A stretch of DNA of 64,000 nt from an uncultured delta proteobacterium (GTDB lineage: Bacteria > Desulfobacterota > Binatia > Binatales > Binataceae). This document shows, piece by piece, positions 44,139 to 54,390 of this stretch (within the stretch, counting starts at the first letter, position 1; every line of letters starts with the position of its first letter). A program made the translations under genes and the position numbers. Location of the stretch: NCBI GenBank assembly GCA_963814715.1, contig CAWFDW010000003.1, positions 50,879 through 114,878 on the forward strand. Reading direction: 5' to 3'. Under the pieces are notes generated by a model that was not told the DNA's origin, searched no databases, and worked only from the letters and a program-made list of their open reading frames with translations.

Positions 44139-45173
44139 ATGCATAAAACCGGGATCGTCGCGGATCGCCGCTACCTCAAACACTTCGCCGGCCGCGCGCA
44201 TCCGGAACGTCCCGAGCGCATCGCCGCGATGATCGAGATGGCGGAGTCGCTCACGCGGCCGGACTTGAAGATGATGGCGCCGCGCGAGGCGACGCAGCAC
44301 GAAATCGCGAGCTGTCATACTCCAGAGTACGTTGCGACGCTGGCGCACACGGCGTCGCTCGATCGATTCGACTTCGATCCCGATACGCACAGCTCGCGCG
44401 ATACCTACGAGACCGCGCTGCTTTCCGCCGGCGGCGTGCTGACCGCCGTCGAGGCGGTGATGGACGGCGCAATAGACAACGGATTTGCTATTGTCCGCCC
44501 GCCCGGCCATCACGCACTGCCTAATCGCGCGATGGGATTTTGCTTCTTCAACAACGTCGCGATCGCGGCAAAGTGGCTAATCGAATCGCGCGGCCTCAAA
44601 CGCGTGATGATCGTCGATTGGGACGTCCATCACGGCAACGGCTTGCAGGACATATTCTACGAATCGCCCGAAGTGCTGTACGTTTCAACGCATCAGTTTC
44701 CACATTACCCCGGCACCGGATCGCTCCACGAAATCGGATACGGCGCGGGCATGGGATTCACCGTGAATTTGCCGATGCCCGCGGAATTCGGCGACGCTGA
44801 ATATCTGCGCGTGTTCGATCGCCTGATCATGCCGATTGGACGCCGGTTCAAACCCGAGTTCATCCTGGTCTCGTCGGGATTCGACGGACACTTTCGCGAT
44901 CCGCTCGCCCAGATGCGGGTGACTGAGGCAGGGTTCGCGGGGATGGCGCGCCGGGTGAAACGGCTGGCCGCGGAATGCTGTGGCGGCAAGATGGTCGCGG
45001 CGCTCGAAGGCGGCTACGACCTCGACGCAATCGCCGAATCGGGGCGCGCAGTGATCGATGAATTCGGGCGCGACGCCGACGAGCCGCTTACCGCCGGCGA
45101 TGGCGGCGATCGCGTGATGCCGATGATCGAGCGCGCGTCGCAGAACGTCGGCCGCTTCTGGAACCTGGGCTAG
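44139..45173 (+). CDS. histone deacetylase-family protein (AcuC/Aph-like Zn-dependent deacetylase)
   Basis: ...RPPGHHA...VDWDVHHGNGLQDIFY...SSGFDGHFRDPL... are the HDAC catalytic motifs. Intact. Confidence 0.85.
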   Translation: MHKTGIVADRRYLKHFAGRAHPERPERIAAMIEMAESLTRPDLKMMAPREATQHEIASCHTPEYVATLAHTASLDRFDFDPDTHSSRDTYETALLSAGGVLTAVEAVMDGAIDNGFAIVRPPGHHALPNRAMGFCFFNNVAIAAKWLIESRGLKRVMIVDWDVHHGNGLQDIFYESPEVLYVSTHQFPHYPGTGSLHEIGYGAGMGFTVNLPMPAEFGDAEYLRVFDRLIMPIGRRFKPEFILVSSGFDGHFRDPLAQMRVTEAGFAGMARRVKRLAAECCGGKMVAALEGGYDLDAIAESGRAVIDEFGRDADEPLTAGDGGDRVMPMIERASQNVGRFWNLG

Positions 45174-45180
45174 ACGATCG

Positions 45181-46577
45181 ATGCCGACGAAAGAGGGGGC
45201 CGCTAATAATCGTCTCGTCGCAATAGGCAGTTCCCCCTCGCGTGAATACTCACTCGACAAACCGACAATAGCCATTGGCAGTCATCCGTCGAACGACGTG
45301 GTGATTGACGACACGACGGTGTCGCGCCGCCACGCCACGATTACGCGCACGCCGGGCGGCTTCGAGCTGGCAGACCTCGGCTCGACCAACGGCACCTTCG
45401 TTAACGGGCGCCAGGTGCGCAAACCGATCGCGGTGAAAAGTGGCGACGAGATTAAATTCGGCGCTGCGCGTTTCGCTTTCGATCCGGCGTCGGTGCCGAG
45501 GCGGATGCGCCGTGGATTTGTGATTCTCGCCGTGATGTTCCTCGCCGGATTCGCCGTCGCCCGCTATCGAACCGCAATGCGACCAGCTGCGCCGGAACCC
45601 GTCGCCGCAATTTCGCCGGGCGAATCCAGTGCCGCGCCTTCGGCTATCAATACTCAGTCGGCATCGTCGAACGCGCTCGCGACCGCCGCTTCGACCCCTC
45701 CGATGTCGATGATTCCAGCGGCCGCCGCGCCCGGATGGTTAACTCGAGTGAACTACTATCGCGCGATGGTGAAATTGCCGCCGATCGTGGAAGATCCGGA
45801 GCTGAGCAAGGGCGACCGCGCGCACACGGCGTATATAGTCAGGAATTTTCACGACGCGATCATGAGTAGCGGCCTCGGTCGCCGAGATGCATACTGAGGA
45901 TCCCGGGAAACCGGGTTTCACGCCGGAAGGAATCGAAGCAGCCAAGGCCAGCGACATGGATGTGTGGTCGATGCGCGGGGTATCGCACGACGGATGGGGC
46001 TCGCCGGAGTGGTCGATCGACGGATGGATGGCGCTGCCGTTCCATCGCATGCCGATAGTCAACCCGCTACTCACGAGCGCCGGCTTCGGACAATACTGCG
46101 AATCGGGGGCATGCGCGGCGGGACTCAATCTCTTGAAGGGATCGCAGGGAAAGATGCCGGCGGCCGCAGCTGCGAGCTTGCCTATCGAGTTTCCGCCCGA
46201 CGGTGGAAGTGTCGCCATAAGATCGTTCGAGAACGAATGGCCTAATCCACTCACGAGTTGCCGGGGCTACGAGGCTGCCGAGCGGACTGGCTATTACACT
46301 TCAGCTCGGCGACTGGACAGATACGCATCTCGGCGAATACTCAGTCGCACAGATAAATGCCGACGGCAGCCGCACTGCTATCGAAGCATGTGGTATAGAT
46401 TCGAGTAGCTACTCGAATCCCGACACATACTCACAAGAGCTGGGCCGCAACGTTCTGAAATCTTACGGCACGATCGTTTTGATTCCGCGCGCGCCGCTCG
46501 ACAAGGGCGCGAAGTACGCAGTTCATTTGAGCGCCAACGGAAAGCAGTACGACTGGACATTCTCCATCAGTCCATGA
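45181..46577 (+). CDS. FHA-domain / single-TM / extracytoplasmic CAP-like domain protein (paralog 1); about 2 frameshifts
   Basis: N-terminal FHA (...IGSHPSNDVVIDDTTVSRRHATITR...STNGTFVNGRQV...GDEIKFG), a TM helix (FVILAVMFLAGFAV), then a CAP-like region (VNYYRAMVKLPP...LS.G...HTAYIV; WMALPFHRMPIVNPLL...). The C-terminal beta domain ends ...GKQYDWTFSISP. Confidence 0.6.
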
Positions 46578-46635
46578 TGTAGTGCCGCCCGTTAACTTAC
46601 GGTTGCCGTATAGGCGAAAGCAGGGGACGGTTATC

Positions 46636-47037
46636 TTGAGATTCGCGGTATTAGTTGTCGTCGCGGTCTATTGTTGCACGCTCGCCGGATGTTTCGAGTG
46701 GACTGAGGATCAGTCGGGTAACCTCAAATCGGTGGGCGTGCCGGGCATCCCGCTCTGGCAAGCCAAAAAGCCTGCGCCGGTGCCGCAAAGTCTTACTGAC
46801 ACCGGAATGACTCCAGAGGCGGCGGCGAAAATGAGCGGCCCCGTCCTGGTCCTGCCGCCGGACCAATCGAGCACCGATACCCGCTATCGCTACTATCAGA
46901 CCGGCACGAATACCTGCCAGCAGGATCTCGCGAAGATGCTCGCGGATCGAGCGGCGAACAACGAGACCGGGGCGGCGCCCTACTGCACGCAAACGCCAAG
47001 CGCGCCGGTCTCGAGCGGGTCCGCATTCGTCTTCTAG
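46636..47037 (+). CDS. hypothetical lipoprotein (lipobox LAGC) between the two FHA-CAP paralogs
   Basis: (TTG start) LRFAVLVVVAVYCCTLAGC... Pro/Thr-rich mature part. Confidence 0.45.
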   Translation: MRFAVLVVVAVYCCTLAGCFEWTEDQSGNLKSVGVPGIPLWQAKKPAPVPQSLTDTGMTPEAAAKMSGPVLVLPPDQSSTDTRYRYYQTGTNTCQQDLAKMLADRAANNETGAAPYCTQTPSAPVSSGSAFVF

Positions 47038-47076
47038 ACGCTGCATGCCGACTTGTTTGATCGGAAGTAATCGCGA

Positions 47077-49711
47077 GTGCTGAGAAGACCGCAAGCTGCT
47101 CGTCTGCTCGCGGTGGATCGCGACGCGTCGGACACGCGGCTACTGCTGCTCAAGCGCGATGAAGCGTCGGTCGGCAGCGCCGAAGGGTCGCGACTGCGGC
47201 TCGCCGACGCCAACGTCGCCGATCGTCACGCACTCATCAGCTATGCGCGTGGCCGTTACTATGTCGTCGATCTCAAGTCGGCTGACGGCACCTTCGTCAA
47301 CGGGCGAAAGATTCGTCGCAGGCAGGAACTCAAGCACGGCGACATCGTTCGGTTCGGCAGCGCGGCGCCGTACCGCTTTATCGATCCAGACGCGCTCAAG
47401 CGGCGTCGATGGCGGCGCAACCTCCGCGCGATTGCCGTTATCGCGCTGCTCCTCGCAATCGGATTGGCGGATCATTTTGAGAAGTGGGGACTGCTCAGCG
47501 CCGCGCTCACAGAGATTGCGGCGTTGGCCCATCCGCAACCAACCTCGAAGCCGGCCGAAGCTCACACTCCCGTAGCTGCATATGTGCCGACCCGACTCGC
47601 GGCACCTTCACCGCAACCGACCAATATTCCGGGACCGGCCGCCTACGTCGCCAATGTCGCACCGACCGCGACGGCTACGGCCGCGGCCCGCGTCGACGCC
47701 GAAGTTGCCGGCCGCTGCCCGCACATCGAAGCCGTCCGCGCCGCGATCGATAAAATGGCTGGAGCGCCTCAACTTCTATCGCGCTGGCTTGGGCCTCGAT
47801 CCGGTTCGCGACAATCCCGATCTGAGTTCCGGCGCCGCCGCGCACGCCCACTACCTCATCCTGAATTTCGGCGAAGACATACGAACTGCACGGCCGATGA
47901 GCGGCGACGCCTATGAAGAGAAGCCCGGTCGGAGCGGTTACTCGGAAAACGGTGCGCACGCGGCGCAAAATCTCCAGCTCGCGTGGGGATGCAGCTCGTA
48001 CGACGCCGATCAGCAAATCGATCGATGGATCGAAGGCCCGTTCCATCGCGTCGCAGTGTTCGATCCTTTGCTGGCGGAGGTCGGTTACGGCGAGGCCTCG
48101 AGCGGTGGATGCTGGGTCGCCACGCTGCGATTGCCGCCGACGCCCGAAGAGTCGCAGACCTATCCGCGCGCGATCGAATTTCCGCCCGACGGCGCCACGG
48201 TGGCACTGGATTGGATCGGGCTCGAAGCGCCCGACCCGCTCGCAAGCTGCCCGGGTTACTCTCGGCCGGTCGGACTTCCTATTACGCTGCAAGTCGGCCG
48301 GCTGGTGGACTCCAAACTCTCCGCGCATTCCTTGACCGAGAACGGCAAGCCGATCGAGCATTGCGCGTTCGATGCGCCGACCTATCTAAACCCCGTCCCT
48401 GCCTACCAGAAATTCGGTTACTGGAATTTGCGCGACGAGGGTGCGGTGGTGATCGTCCCACGCGAACCGCTGCGACCCGGCTCGCGCTACGCGGTCTCGA
48501 TCACCGCGGACAACAAGACCTACGCCTGGAGTTTCAAGGTCGCCGATACGCGGACGACCTTCACCTCAATCGCCAGGCTTGCGACGCCTCCAACCACCGC
48601 GCCTCCCGCGACGGAGGCGCCCGCGGCCGAGCCGGCAGCAACTGGGCCGGCAGCAACTGAGCCGCCGGCGACCGAGCCGCTGGAGGCAACGCCGCTGGAG
48701 ATAACGCCGGCGCCAACGACTTCGCCAAAGCCTCGACGGACCGCGCGCGCGACTCATCGCGCAACTCCTGTGGCGATCGCGCCGAGGTTCGTGCCCGAGC
48801 GTCCAGCTAGCGCAATGCCGACAATGTCGCCGAGGGCGGAAGGGACTCCTGCTGCCGCCGGCTCATCCACGGGCTGGCTGGCGATCCTGAACTTGTATCG
48901 CACGCGTCTCAACGTGCCGCCGGTCGACGAAGATCCGGCGCTGAGCAGCGGATGCTTCGCCCATTCGAAGTACCTGGTGACGAACTACGAGCCGATGTTC
49001 GCCAGAAACATAAATCTCGGAAGCCTGTTGCATACGGAAGACGAATCGAAGCCGGGCTATTCGGCCGAGGGTCTCAAGGCCGCGCGCGCCAGCGACGTGA
49101 TGTTCCAGGGTAAGAGGACTTTCACCAGCGAGCAGCGAATGACGAGGGCGATACAATCCTGGATTGCGGGACCGTTCCATCGCCCGCAAATCGTCAATCC
49201 CAATCTGAAGCAGGTCGGCTACGGCGAGTATTGTGGAGAGATCGTGTGCGCGGCGTCGCTCGATTGGCGCAGCGACCTACCGCTGACTCCCGCCGGCGGC
49301 GGCCATCCGTTTGCGTCGCCGATCGAAGTTCCGCCCGACGGTGCGACAGTCAAGCCCGGCGGATACTCCGGTGAATGGCCGAATCCCGTCTCGTCGTGTC
49401 CCGGCTACCCGAAGGATGCGCCCGCAATCACGCTCCAGCTCGGCGTGTGGGTGCCGGCGACGATCACCGACGGGTCTCTGACGCAGACCAGCGGCGCGGC
49501 GGCGGGAACGAAAATCGGGACCTGTCCCTACGATTCCAGAAGCTACACAAATCCCGACCCCGGTACTCAGGAGCACGGCCGCGCAGTCCTCAAGTCTTTC
49601 GGCCAGGTAGTAATGATGGTGCGCGATCCGCTCATCGGCGGAGAATCGTATCGCGTCGCGATGACGGTCAACGGCAAACAGTACAGCTGGAGTTTTACCG
49701 CTGCTCCGTGA
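47077..49711 (+). CDS. FHA-domain / single-TM protein with two tandem CAP-like + beta-sandwich modules (paralog 2); frameshift ~47750-47800
   Basis: GTG start. FHA (...ADRHALISYARGRYYVVDLKSADGTFVNGRKI...GDIVRFG), TM (AIAVIALLLAIGLA), then two copies of W..LN.YR..L...PV..DP.LS.GA.AHAHYL...WI.GPFHR...PPDGATV..EWPNP..SCPGY...GK.Y.WSF, separated by a Pro/Thr/Ala-rich linker. Confidence 0.65.
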
Positions 49712-49715
49712 ACCA

Positions 49716-49741
49716 GTGGCGCGGGCCGCCGTGCCCGCGAT
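49716..49741. repeat. GC hairpin element, family B copy 3 (CAGTGGCGCGGGCCGCCGTGCCCGCG) between convergent genes; terminator-like
   Basis: 24/26 nt identical to the 32477 copy. Lies between the stop at 49711 (+) and the gene end at 49742 (-). Confidence 0.6.
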
Positions 49742-50986
49742 TCAACGCTGGAAATCGACGGCGATGACGGTCGCCATCGAGTCGAGCGCGCTGTCCGGCG
49801 TCGCTATCACGAGCTCGCCAATCGGATCCTGATTGAACAGGCTATCGGCCGCCGACGTTCGCTTGCGCACCTTGAGCGAAATAGTACTCGACAACGGACG
49901 CACGTCGCCGACATGCTTCACCTTCACCCCGCGCACTGAAACCGATTCGTACGGCTTCGCCAGCACGTGCAGATACACGCGATTGCCGCGGCGCGTCGAC
50001 GGTCCGTAGAACTGCCACGGCTCGAGTCCGGGATCGGTGCCGACAATCGCCTCGTTGTTGCGGGACATCCATTCGCCGATCGCTTCCAGCCGCTCGACAT
50101 GTTCGGGCGGCAGCGCGCCGTCACCCATCGGACTCACGTTAAGCAGCAGATTTCCGCCCTTGCCCGCGACCTCGCACAGCGTATGAATCAGCGAGCGCGT
50201 CGATTTGAGATCCTTGTCGGAAGGATTGTAACCCCAGCTATTATTGATCGTTAGACAGGTCTCCCACGGACCCTCCGGCGGGCGCGGCGGTACCGCCTGC
50301 TCGGGTGTCTGGTAGTCGCCGTAGCCCGGGATGCGATCGTTGATGACGACTTCGGGTTGGAGCGAGTGGATCATCTCGACGAATTCGCGCGACTTCCATT
50401 CCTCAGGCGTGCGTTCCCATCCGCCGTCGAACCACAGCAGATCGATCTTGCCGTAGTTGGTCAGCAGCTCGCGCATCTGCGCGAACATGAACTTGATGAA
50501 TCGATCCCACTGCTCGGGCGTCGAGCGCCGCCACGCGCCCCACTTGTACGGCTTGTCCGACTCGAGAAACGTCGGATAGTCAGGATGATGCCAGTCGATA
50601 AGTGAGTAGTACAGTCCGACCTTCAGACCCTCGGCGCGAAACGCATCTGTATATTCACGAACTATATCTCGCTTGAACGGCGAATACTCAATCGAATAGT
50701 CAGAATGCTTCGTATGGAATAGCGAGTAGCCGTCATGATGCTTACTAGTCAGAACAGCGTACTGCATACCCGCACGCTTAGCTTGTTTAGCAAGTCCCCG
50801 CGCATCCCAGTTTACCGGATTAAACGTCTCGGCGGTCGAGTGATACTCGTCTACGCCGACGCTCTGCGAATTCGGCAGCGCACCGACGCCTCCGACTAAC
50901 GGCCACGAAAGCTCGAGCCCGCGCTGACTGCAATGTCCCCAATGGATGAACATCCCGAATCTTGCTTTGTTAAACCACGATTCCAT
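49742..50986 (-). CDS. alpha-L-fucosidase (GH29)
   Basis: ...FGMFIHWG...HHDGYSLF...WFDGGWE... are the GH29 catalytic-region motifs. Intact. Confidence 0.85.
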   Translation of the reverse strand: MESWFNKARFGMFIHWGHCSQRGLELSWPLVGGVGALPNSQSVGVDEYHSTAETFNPVNWDARGLAKQAKRAGMQYAVLTSKHHDGYSLFHTKHSDYSIEYSPFKRDIVREYTDAFRAEGLKVGLYYSLIDWHHPDYPTFLESDKPYKWGAWRRSTPEQWDRFIKFMFAQMRELLTNYGKIDLLWFDGGWERTPEEWKSREFVEMIHSLQPEVVINDRIPGYGDYQTPEQAVPPRPPEGPWETCLTINNSWGYNPSDKDLKSTRSLIHTLCEVAGKGGNLLLNVSPMGDGALPPEHVERLEAIGEWMSRNNEAIVGTDPGLEPWQFYGPSTRRGNRVYLHVLAKPYESVSVRGVKVKHVGDVRPLSSTISLKVRKRTSAADSLFNQDPIGELVIATPDSALDSMATVIAVDFQR

Positions 50987-51038
50987 AGCCGCGCATTCTC
51001 GCCTTCATCGGCGGTCATTGTCTACAGCGCAAGTCACC

Positions 51039-51926
51039 TCACTTGAACGGGGTCCAGCCGAGCGCTGGCACTAGCTGATCGAAGGAGACGCCGAGCGCCC
51101 ACACGAAAGAGACTGCGCCCGCGGCGGAATTAACCGGGACCTCGACGCCCAAATCTATTTCGTAGATATCGTTCATCCAGGAGATGGCGGGGGTGAGTTC
51201 GAAGTCGGGCGCCGACGAGTTGCGGTGGGCGCTCAGGTACTGGGCGTATGAGAATTCGAGATATGGCGACAGCTGTCGAAAGAAGTGAGGCATCGAGGGG
51301 GCGACCTTCGCGTCGAGGTACTCGAGCGAGTATCCGAGGGTGAGGTCGGCCCAGACCTGATCGTCGCGTGCGCCGGTAATTTTGCTATCCCATCCGGAGT
51401 CGCCTTCGATATAGACGGGCCGCAATGTTCGCATCGAGTCGGGCAGCTTGAGGAATCCCTGCTCGAACAGGACTTCGCCACCAGCGCGCGGATGCGATTC
51501 TTCGCCGATACCGCGGCTGCCGACCGGCAGCTCGAGCATCGGACTGATCGAGAAGGTGAACTCCTGCGGGACAGCGAACAGCACGTGCTTGTACGCCAGG
51601 CCGATATTCGTGAACCCGCTGACGGCCTCGGTGTCGCCTTGCTGCTCGTAACGTTGATAGCCGGTGAAGAGCGAGAAGCTCGATTCGGACGAAATTGTTT
51701 TTTCAAGGTACAGCGACTCGAAGTTCTGCGTGCGATCGACTCCGCCCGAAATCTCCAGATAGTTCAGCGGGGTGGCATCACCTCCGGTAAAGTTACCGAT
51801 AGAGTAACGCGGTGCCCCGCCAACCCCGGGCGCGGCGCACGCGGATCCAGGGAACATCGAAGCAATCGCCACGAGCGTCATCGCGGCGCAACAGCGAATC
51901 GAACTCACGCCGACATAAAACCGCAC
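51039..51926 (-). CDS. putative outer-membrane beta-barrel protein (signal peptide; MetA-pathway/transporter-like fold?)
   Basis: Signal peptide ...AIASMFPGSACAAP. Alternating hydrophobic beta-strand pattern. C-terminal aromatic residues (...LGWTPFK). Confidence 0.45.
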   Translation of the reverse strand: MRFYVGVSSIRCCAAMTLVAIASMFPGSACAAPGVGGAPRYSIGNFTGGDATPLNYLEISGGVDRTQNFESLYLEKTISSESSFSLFTGYQRYEQQGDTEAVSGFTNIGLAYKHVLFAVPQEFTFSISPMLELPVGSRGIGEESHPRAGGEVLFEQGFLKLPDSMRTLRPVYIEGDSGWDSKITGARDDQVWADLTLGYSLEYLDAKVAPSMPHFFRQLSPYLEFSYAQYLSAHRNSSAPDFELTPAISWMNDIYEIDLGVEVPVNSAAGAVSFVWALGVSFDQLVPALGWTPFK

Positions 51927-52027
51927 TGCGCCGACATCCGCAACGCCAGGCGGTTGGGGAATCGCGGCGCCTCGTGTATCTGACTCCGCTCAGAATCATC
52001 ACCTAGCCATCAAAGCAATCTAACCCC

Positions 52028-54156
52028 CTACTTACGCGCGCCGCGGCGCACCACCGGCCTTGACGGCGGCGTAATTTGATTGCCGACTATCGCGTTGGTG
52101 ATGTTGAAGCAGCTTTCGCCCGCGTTTCCGTTGGTCAGCATCAGCGCAAATGGCCCGTTGCCCAGCGGCGCAGAATCGACACCCGCTACTTCCAGGCTCA
52201 GCGTGAACTCGCCGCACGCCGGCGCCGGCGGCGTCGGCAGCTCCACGATCCTCGCGGAGATCGTCTCCGGTCCGTTCGAACGGAACAAAGTCCCGTATTT
52301 CTCGCCGTTAATCGTATGCACCGTGAAGGGCTCGAGCATCACAGAAAATTCCGAACCCGCCGGATGCGGGCAGGTGCCCCCTTCGAGCGTGAGCGTGAAG
52401 CCGTCGAGCGCGTCGTCGCCCGCATTGCAGTTTGGGAATCTATTCTCGATGAAGGTCAATCCCATGTTGATTTGGTCCGCATCCGGACTGGACGAACGCG
52501 CTATCTGCACCCGTTCGCTGTTCAGCTCAAAGGCCGGTGGCGTCGCTGTCGCAGTCGGCGTCGCGGTAGCGGTTGCAGTTGCCGTCGCGGTGGCAGTGGC
52601 GGTCGCAGTCGCTGTTGCAGTCGCAGTAGCCGTTGCGGTCGCGGTGGCCGTCGCCGTTGCAGTTGCGGTGGCCGTAGCGGTCGCGGTGGGTTCGTGGAGC
52701 TCGAATGCACCGATATCGCAGTTGCCGTTGGCTCCGTCTCCTGGGTCGGGCCGAGGCTCGCCGCGCTGGTCGCAGGTCAGCTGGAGGGACGACGAAGTTG
52801 TGCACGGGTTCAACGTTCCCGAAGGATAGGTGCATGCAGCGAACGGGATCGCATCGATAGCCGGGCTGAAGATCGGAGAAGTTTCGAGCGCGATGGTCTC
52901 GGTCGGCCCGCCGTTCATCTGAAGTCCCATGGGATCGAGACCGATGGCGCTGGTCGGTGTTACGACCATGTTGCCGTTGGTACCGTTGGTGAAGCAGGTG
53001 CCGTCATCGGCGAGGTTGTCGCTGGCGCCGGTGATCGTTGCGTTGCAATTGCCGCCGCTGCTGCCCGCCAAAATGGTGCCCATGAGACTAACGCTGGAGG
53101 GGTTGTAGACCATGGCGCCGCCCTGCGCTGGCCTTGTTGGCCGAAAACGTGCTGTTGGTGACAGTCAGCGTGCCATTGATGCCGACGATGCCGATGGCGC
53201 CGCCGCCGCCGTTGGTCTGGTTGGCCGAAAACGTGCTGTTGGTGACAGTCAGCGCGCCATTGCTGCCGGCGATAGCCGCCGCCGGCGCCGATGCCGCCAG
53301 CGCCGCCGGTGGCCTGATTGGCCGAAAACGTGCCGTTGGTGACGGTCAGCGTGCTGCTGTTAAAGATGGCGCCGCCCTCGCCGTTGCCGCTGGCGACGCC
53401 CATGCCGCCGCCGGCGCCGAGGCCGAAGGTAGCCTGGTTGGCCGAAAACGTGCTGTTGGTGACGATCAGCGTGCCGCCGTTAAAGATGGCGCCGCCCTCG
53501 CCGTTGCCGCCGAAGCCGGGGCCGGGGTCGCCGGGGCCGCCGGCGCCGCCGGTGGCCTGGTTGGCCGAAAACGTGCTGTTGGTGACGGTCAGCGTCCCGC
53601 CGTTAAAGATGGCGCCGCCATCGCCGTCGTTGCCGTTGCCGCCGCTGGCGCCGCCGGTGACCTGATTGGACGAAAACGTGCTGTGGGTGACGGTCATCGT
53701 GCCATTGTTCAAGATGGCTCCGCCGTCGCCGTTGCCGCCGGCGGAGCCGGGGTTCACGTTGCCGTCAGTCAAAGTCAGAAATTGCAGGTTAAGGGTAGCG
53801 CCTGAGTTCACTTGCATCAGTTGCACCTTACCGCCGCCGCTGATCGTAATTCCTGGCGAACTCGTCGGGCCGGTGATGGTCAGCGTCTCCCCATTGACGA
53901 TCAGCGGGCCGCTTGCGGCGATGAGATTGATCGTTCCGGTCACTCCCGCGCCGAACTGAATGTTATTGGTGCCGCCTGCAGTATTCGCGGCGAGGATTTC
54001 GCCGCGCAGACTGCCATCGCCCGAAACGCCGGTGTCAGTAATGTTGGTAACGGTAAAGGTCGCCGCGCCCGCCAACCCCGGCATCGCCAGGAAGAAAAAC
54101 AGCGCAATTCCCCCCAGCGCAAAGCGCCGATTCCGATCTGTCACGGATCCCCCCAC
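52028..54156 (-). CDS. large secreted parallel-beta-helix repeat protein (Pmp-like GGAI/FxxN repeats) with CSLREA-type motif, (Thr-Ala)25 linker and C-terminal domain; frameshift(s) ~53100-53300
   Basis: Signal peptide. About 6 repeats of ...GGAIFNGGTLTVTNSTFSANQATGG.... Then ...TCDQRGEPRP...NCDIGAFE..., TATATA...(x25), and a Cys-containing C-terminal domain. The pieces 52960-54156 and 52028-53113 are collinear. Confidence 0.65.
53130..53710. repeat. protein-coding tandem repeat, ~6 units of 90-120 nt (TTGGCCGAAAACGTGCTGTTGGTGACGGTCAGCGTGCC... core); also a hexanucleotide (GCNGTN)n tract at 52540-52700 encoding (Thr-Ala)n
   Basis: Repeat units start near 53130, 53220, 53320, 53440, 53560 and 53662. 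They produce the long stop-free ORFs on both strands. Confidence 0.7.
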
Positions 54157-54390
54157 CGCGGCGCATGCGGCCGCGTCGGCAAATTATTACCAGTCAGCGA
54201 ACTCAGAATTCGCATGAAGTGTCCCATCGCTGGAGAGCACTGTCAAATTCATCGCAAAAATTGGCGGCACCGGCTGTCCGACGCAGATGCCCTATGCCGC
54301 CGATCAGCCGCCGACGCTGCTCCGTTGGGGAATCTGGGCGCATCGTGGTATTGAAAAATTGAAAGCTGACGCGGTTGGAGGTTTTACACG

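Noticed and set aside
52540-52700. Hexanucleotide (GCNGTN)25 microsatellite
   Set aside because: Considered as a non-coding simple repeat. It is in frame inside the large secreted protein gene and encodes a (Thr-Ala)25 linker.
53112-53805. Plus-strand ORFs with highly repetitive Ala/Gly/Val translation and apparent periodic DNA repeats (CRISPR-like at first glance)
   Set aside because: The periodicity is a protein-coding tandem repeat on the minus strand (Pmp-like GGAI/FxxN units). Spacers are not unique, the period is variable at 90-120 nt, and there is no leader or cas context. It is not a CRISPR array.
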